A stretch of DNA of 64,000 bases. Origin: Cyanobacteria bacterium J06626_4 (lineage in GTDB: Bacteria > Cyanobacteriota > Cyanobacteriia > Phormidesmidales > Phormidesmidaceae). This document shows, in pieces, positions 63,344-64,000 of the stretch. How positions within the stretch are numbered: the first letter of the stretch is position 1; each line of letters starts with the position of its first letter. The position numbers and the translations under genes are program-made. The notes below the pieces were generated by a model, which saw only the letters and a list, made by a program, of their open reading frames with translations, had not been told where the DNA came from and ran no database searches. The stretch spans positions 18,674-82,673 of the forward strand of contig JBCBJQ010000019.1 of the NCBI GenBank assembly GCA_038523235.1, read 5' to 3'.

Positions 63344-64000
63344 ATGAGTTCATCAAGCATTAGGGTCTATGAAGGTGAAGAATGGGAGGCTTACATCAAG
63401 CGATTACTAAAATGCCATTATGGACCAGGCAACTATCAAGATGTACCAGCAAGACATAAAGGAGACTTTGGGATCGAGGGATACTCAACAACTGATGGTT
63501 GTGCGTATCAATGCTATGCAGCTCAAGAGCCTTGCACAGTTCAGCATCGATATGAATCCCAGCGCAACAAAATCACTACTGATATCAATAAGTTTATCTA
63601 TAACGACAAAGAACTCAAGAAAATCTTTGGAGAAACCTTAATACGTCGATGGATTTTAATGGTGCCTATATCTGAAAGTGCTCAACTTATGCAGCATGCA
63701 TCTAAAAAAGCAGCAGAAGTTATCAAGGCTAATTTAGCCTATGTATCTAGCGACTTTAAAGTAATCATTGAAACGGACTTGTGTTTCGAAAAAGAAATAA
63801 CCGAGTTGTCTTATGCGGGGATATTAGAAATAGAAGCTCCCGATTTAAATGTGCGCTCAGAGGAACGTGAAATCTGGCTAGAGGGGAATGAAGATCTACT
63901 ACAAAACTTGGACAAAAAGACAAATCAAATGCCTGAACTAGTTGACGAAGAGAGAATAAATAATTTCAAGTATAAGATCGTAGAACACTATATACGGGGC
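63344..64000 (+). CDS. PD-(D/E)xK-like nuclease effector, possibly of an ABC three-component (Lamassu-like) system; 3' end outside the window
   Basis: 219 open codons to the window edge, absent from the ORF track; EEWE, VPARHKGDFGIEG, AYQCY motifs; AT-rich. Confidence 0.65.
   Translation, partial: MSSSSIRVYEGEEWEAYIKRLLKCHYGPGNYQDVPARHKGDFGIEGYSTTDGCAYQCYAAQEPCTVQHRYESQRNKITTDINKFIYNDKELKKIFGETLIRRWILMVPISESAQLMQHASKKAAEVIKANLAYVSSDFKVIIETDLCFEKEITELSYAGILEIEAPDLNVRSEEREIWLEGNEDLLQNLDKKTNQMPELVDEERINNFKYKIVEHYIRG

Noticed and set aside
63420..63641. 73-aa ORF from the track
   Set aside because: Out-of-frame overlap within the longer ORF starting at 63344

Overview
A 64 kb chromosomal segment from a GC-rich cyanobacterium (abundant HIP1 GCGATCGC, ccmP, tic20). 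It is probably a non-heterocystous diazotroph, since no excision elements interrupt fdxN, nifH, nifD or nifK. Bases 1-15.6 kb hold the 3' part of a Mo-nitrogenase cluster: nifB' fdxN nifS nifU nifH nifD nifK nifZ orf, fused nifEN, nifX, two small ORFs, nifW hesA, an unrecognised Cys-rich membrane ORF, hesB fdxH and a flavodoxin. Bases 15.8-56.5 kb are mostly housekeeping and signalling genes: miaB, smpB, a cyclase-kinase fusion, a heme-HAMP sensor, ltaE, rpsF, minC, tilS, ccmP, a RexT-like/trx/OYE module, obgE, a devH-like regulator, an orphan phnL, gyrA and glmS. Directly after glmS a layered defence island begins. Its core is a PbeABCD-like, phosphorothioation-associated module: PLD-helicase, an unannotated 56-aa ORF, a CxC SMC-like ATPase and a dnd-associated protein 4-like gene. 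Interleaved with the core are a Uma2 nuclease, an MNT-HEPN pair whose toxin carries one nonsense codon, and a truncated paralog stub. A decayed HNH remnant and an AT-rich PD-(D/E)xK effector-like ORF running off the window follow it. Family assignments come from motif recognition by eye; no database searches were run.
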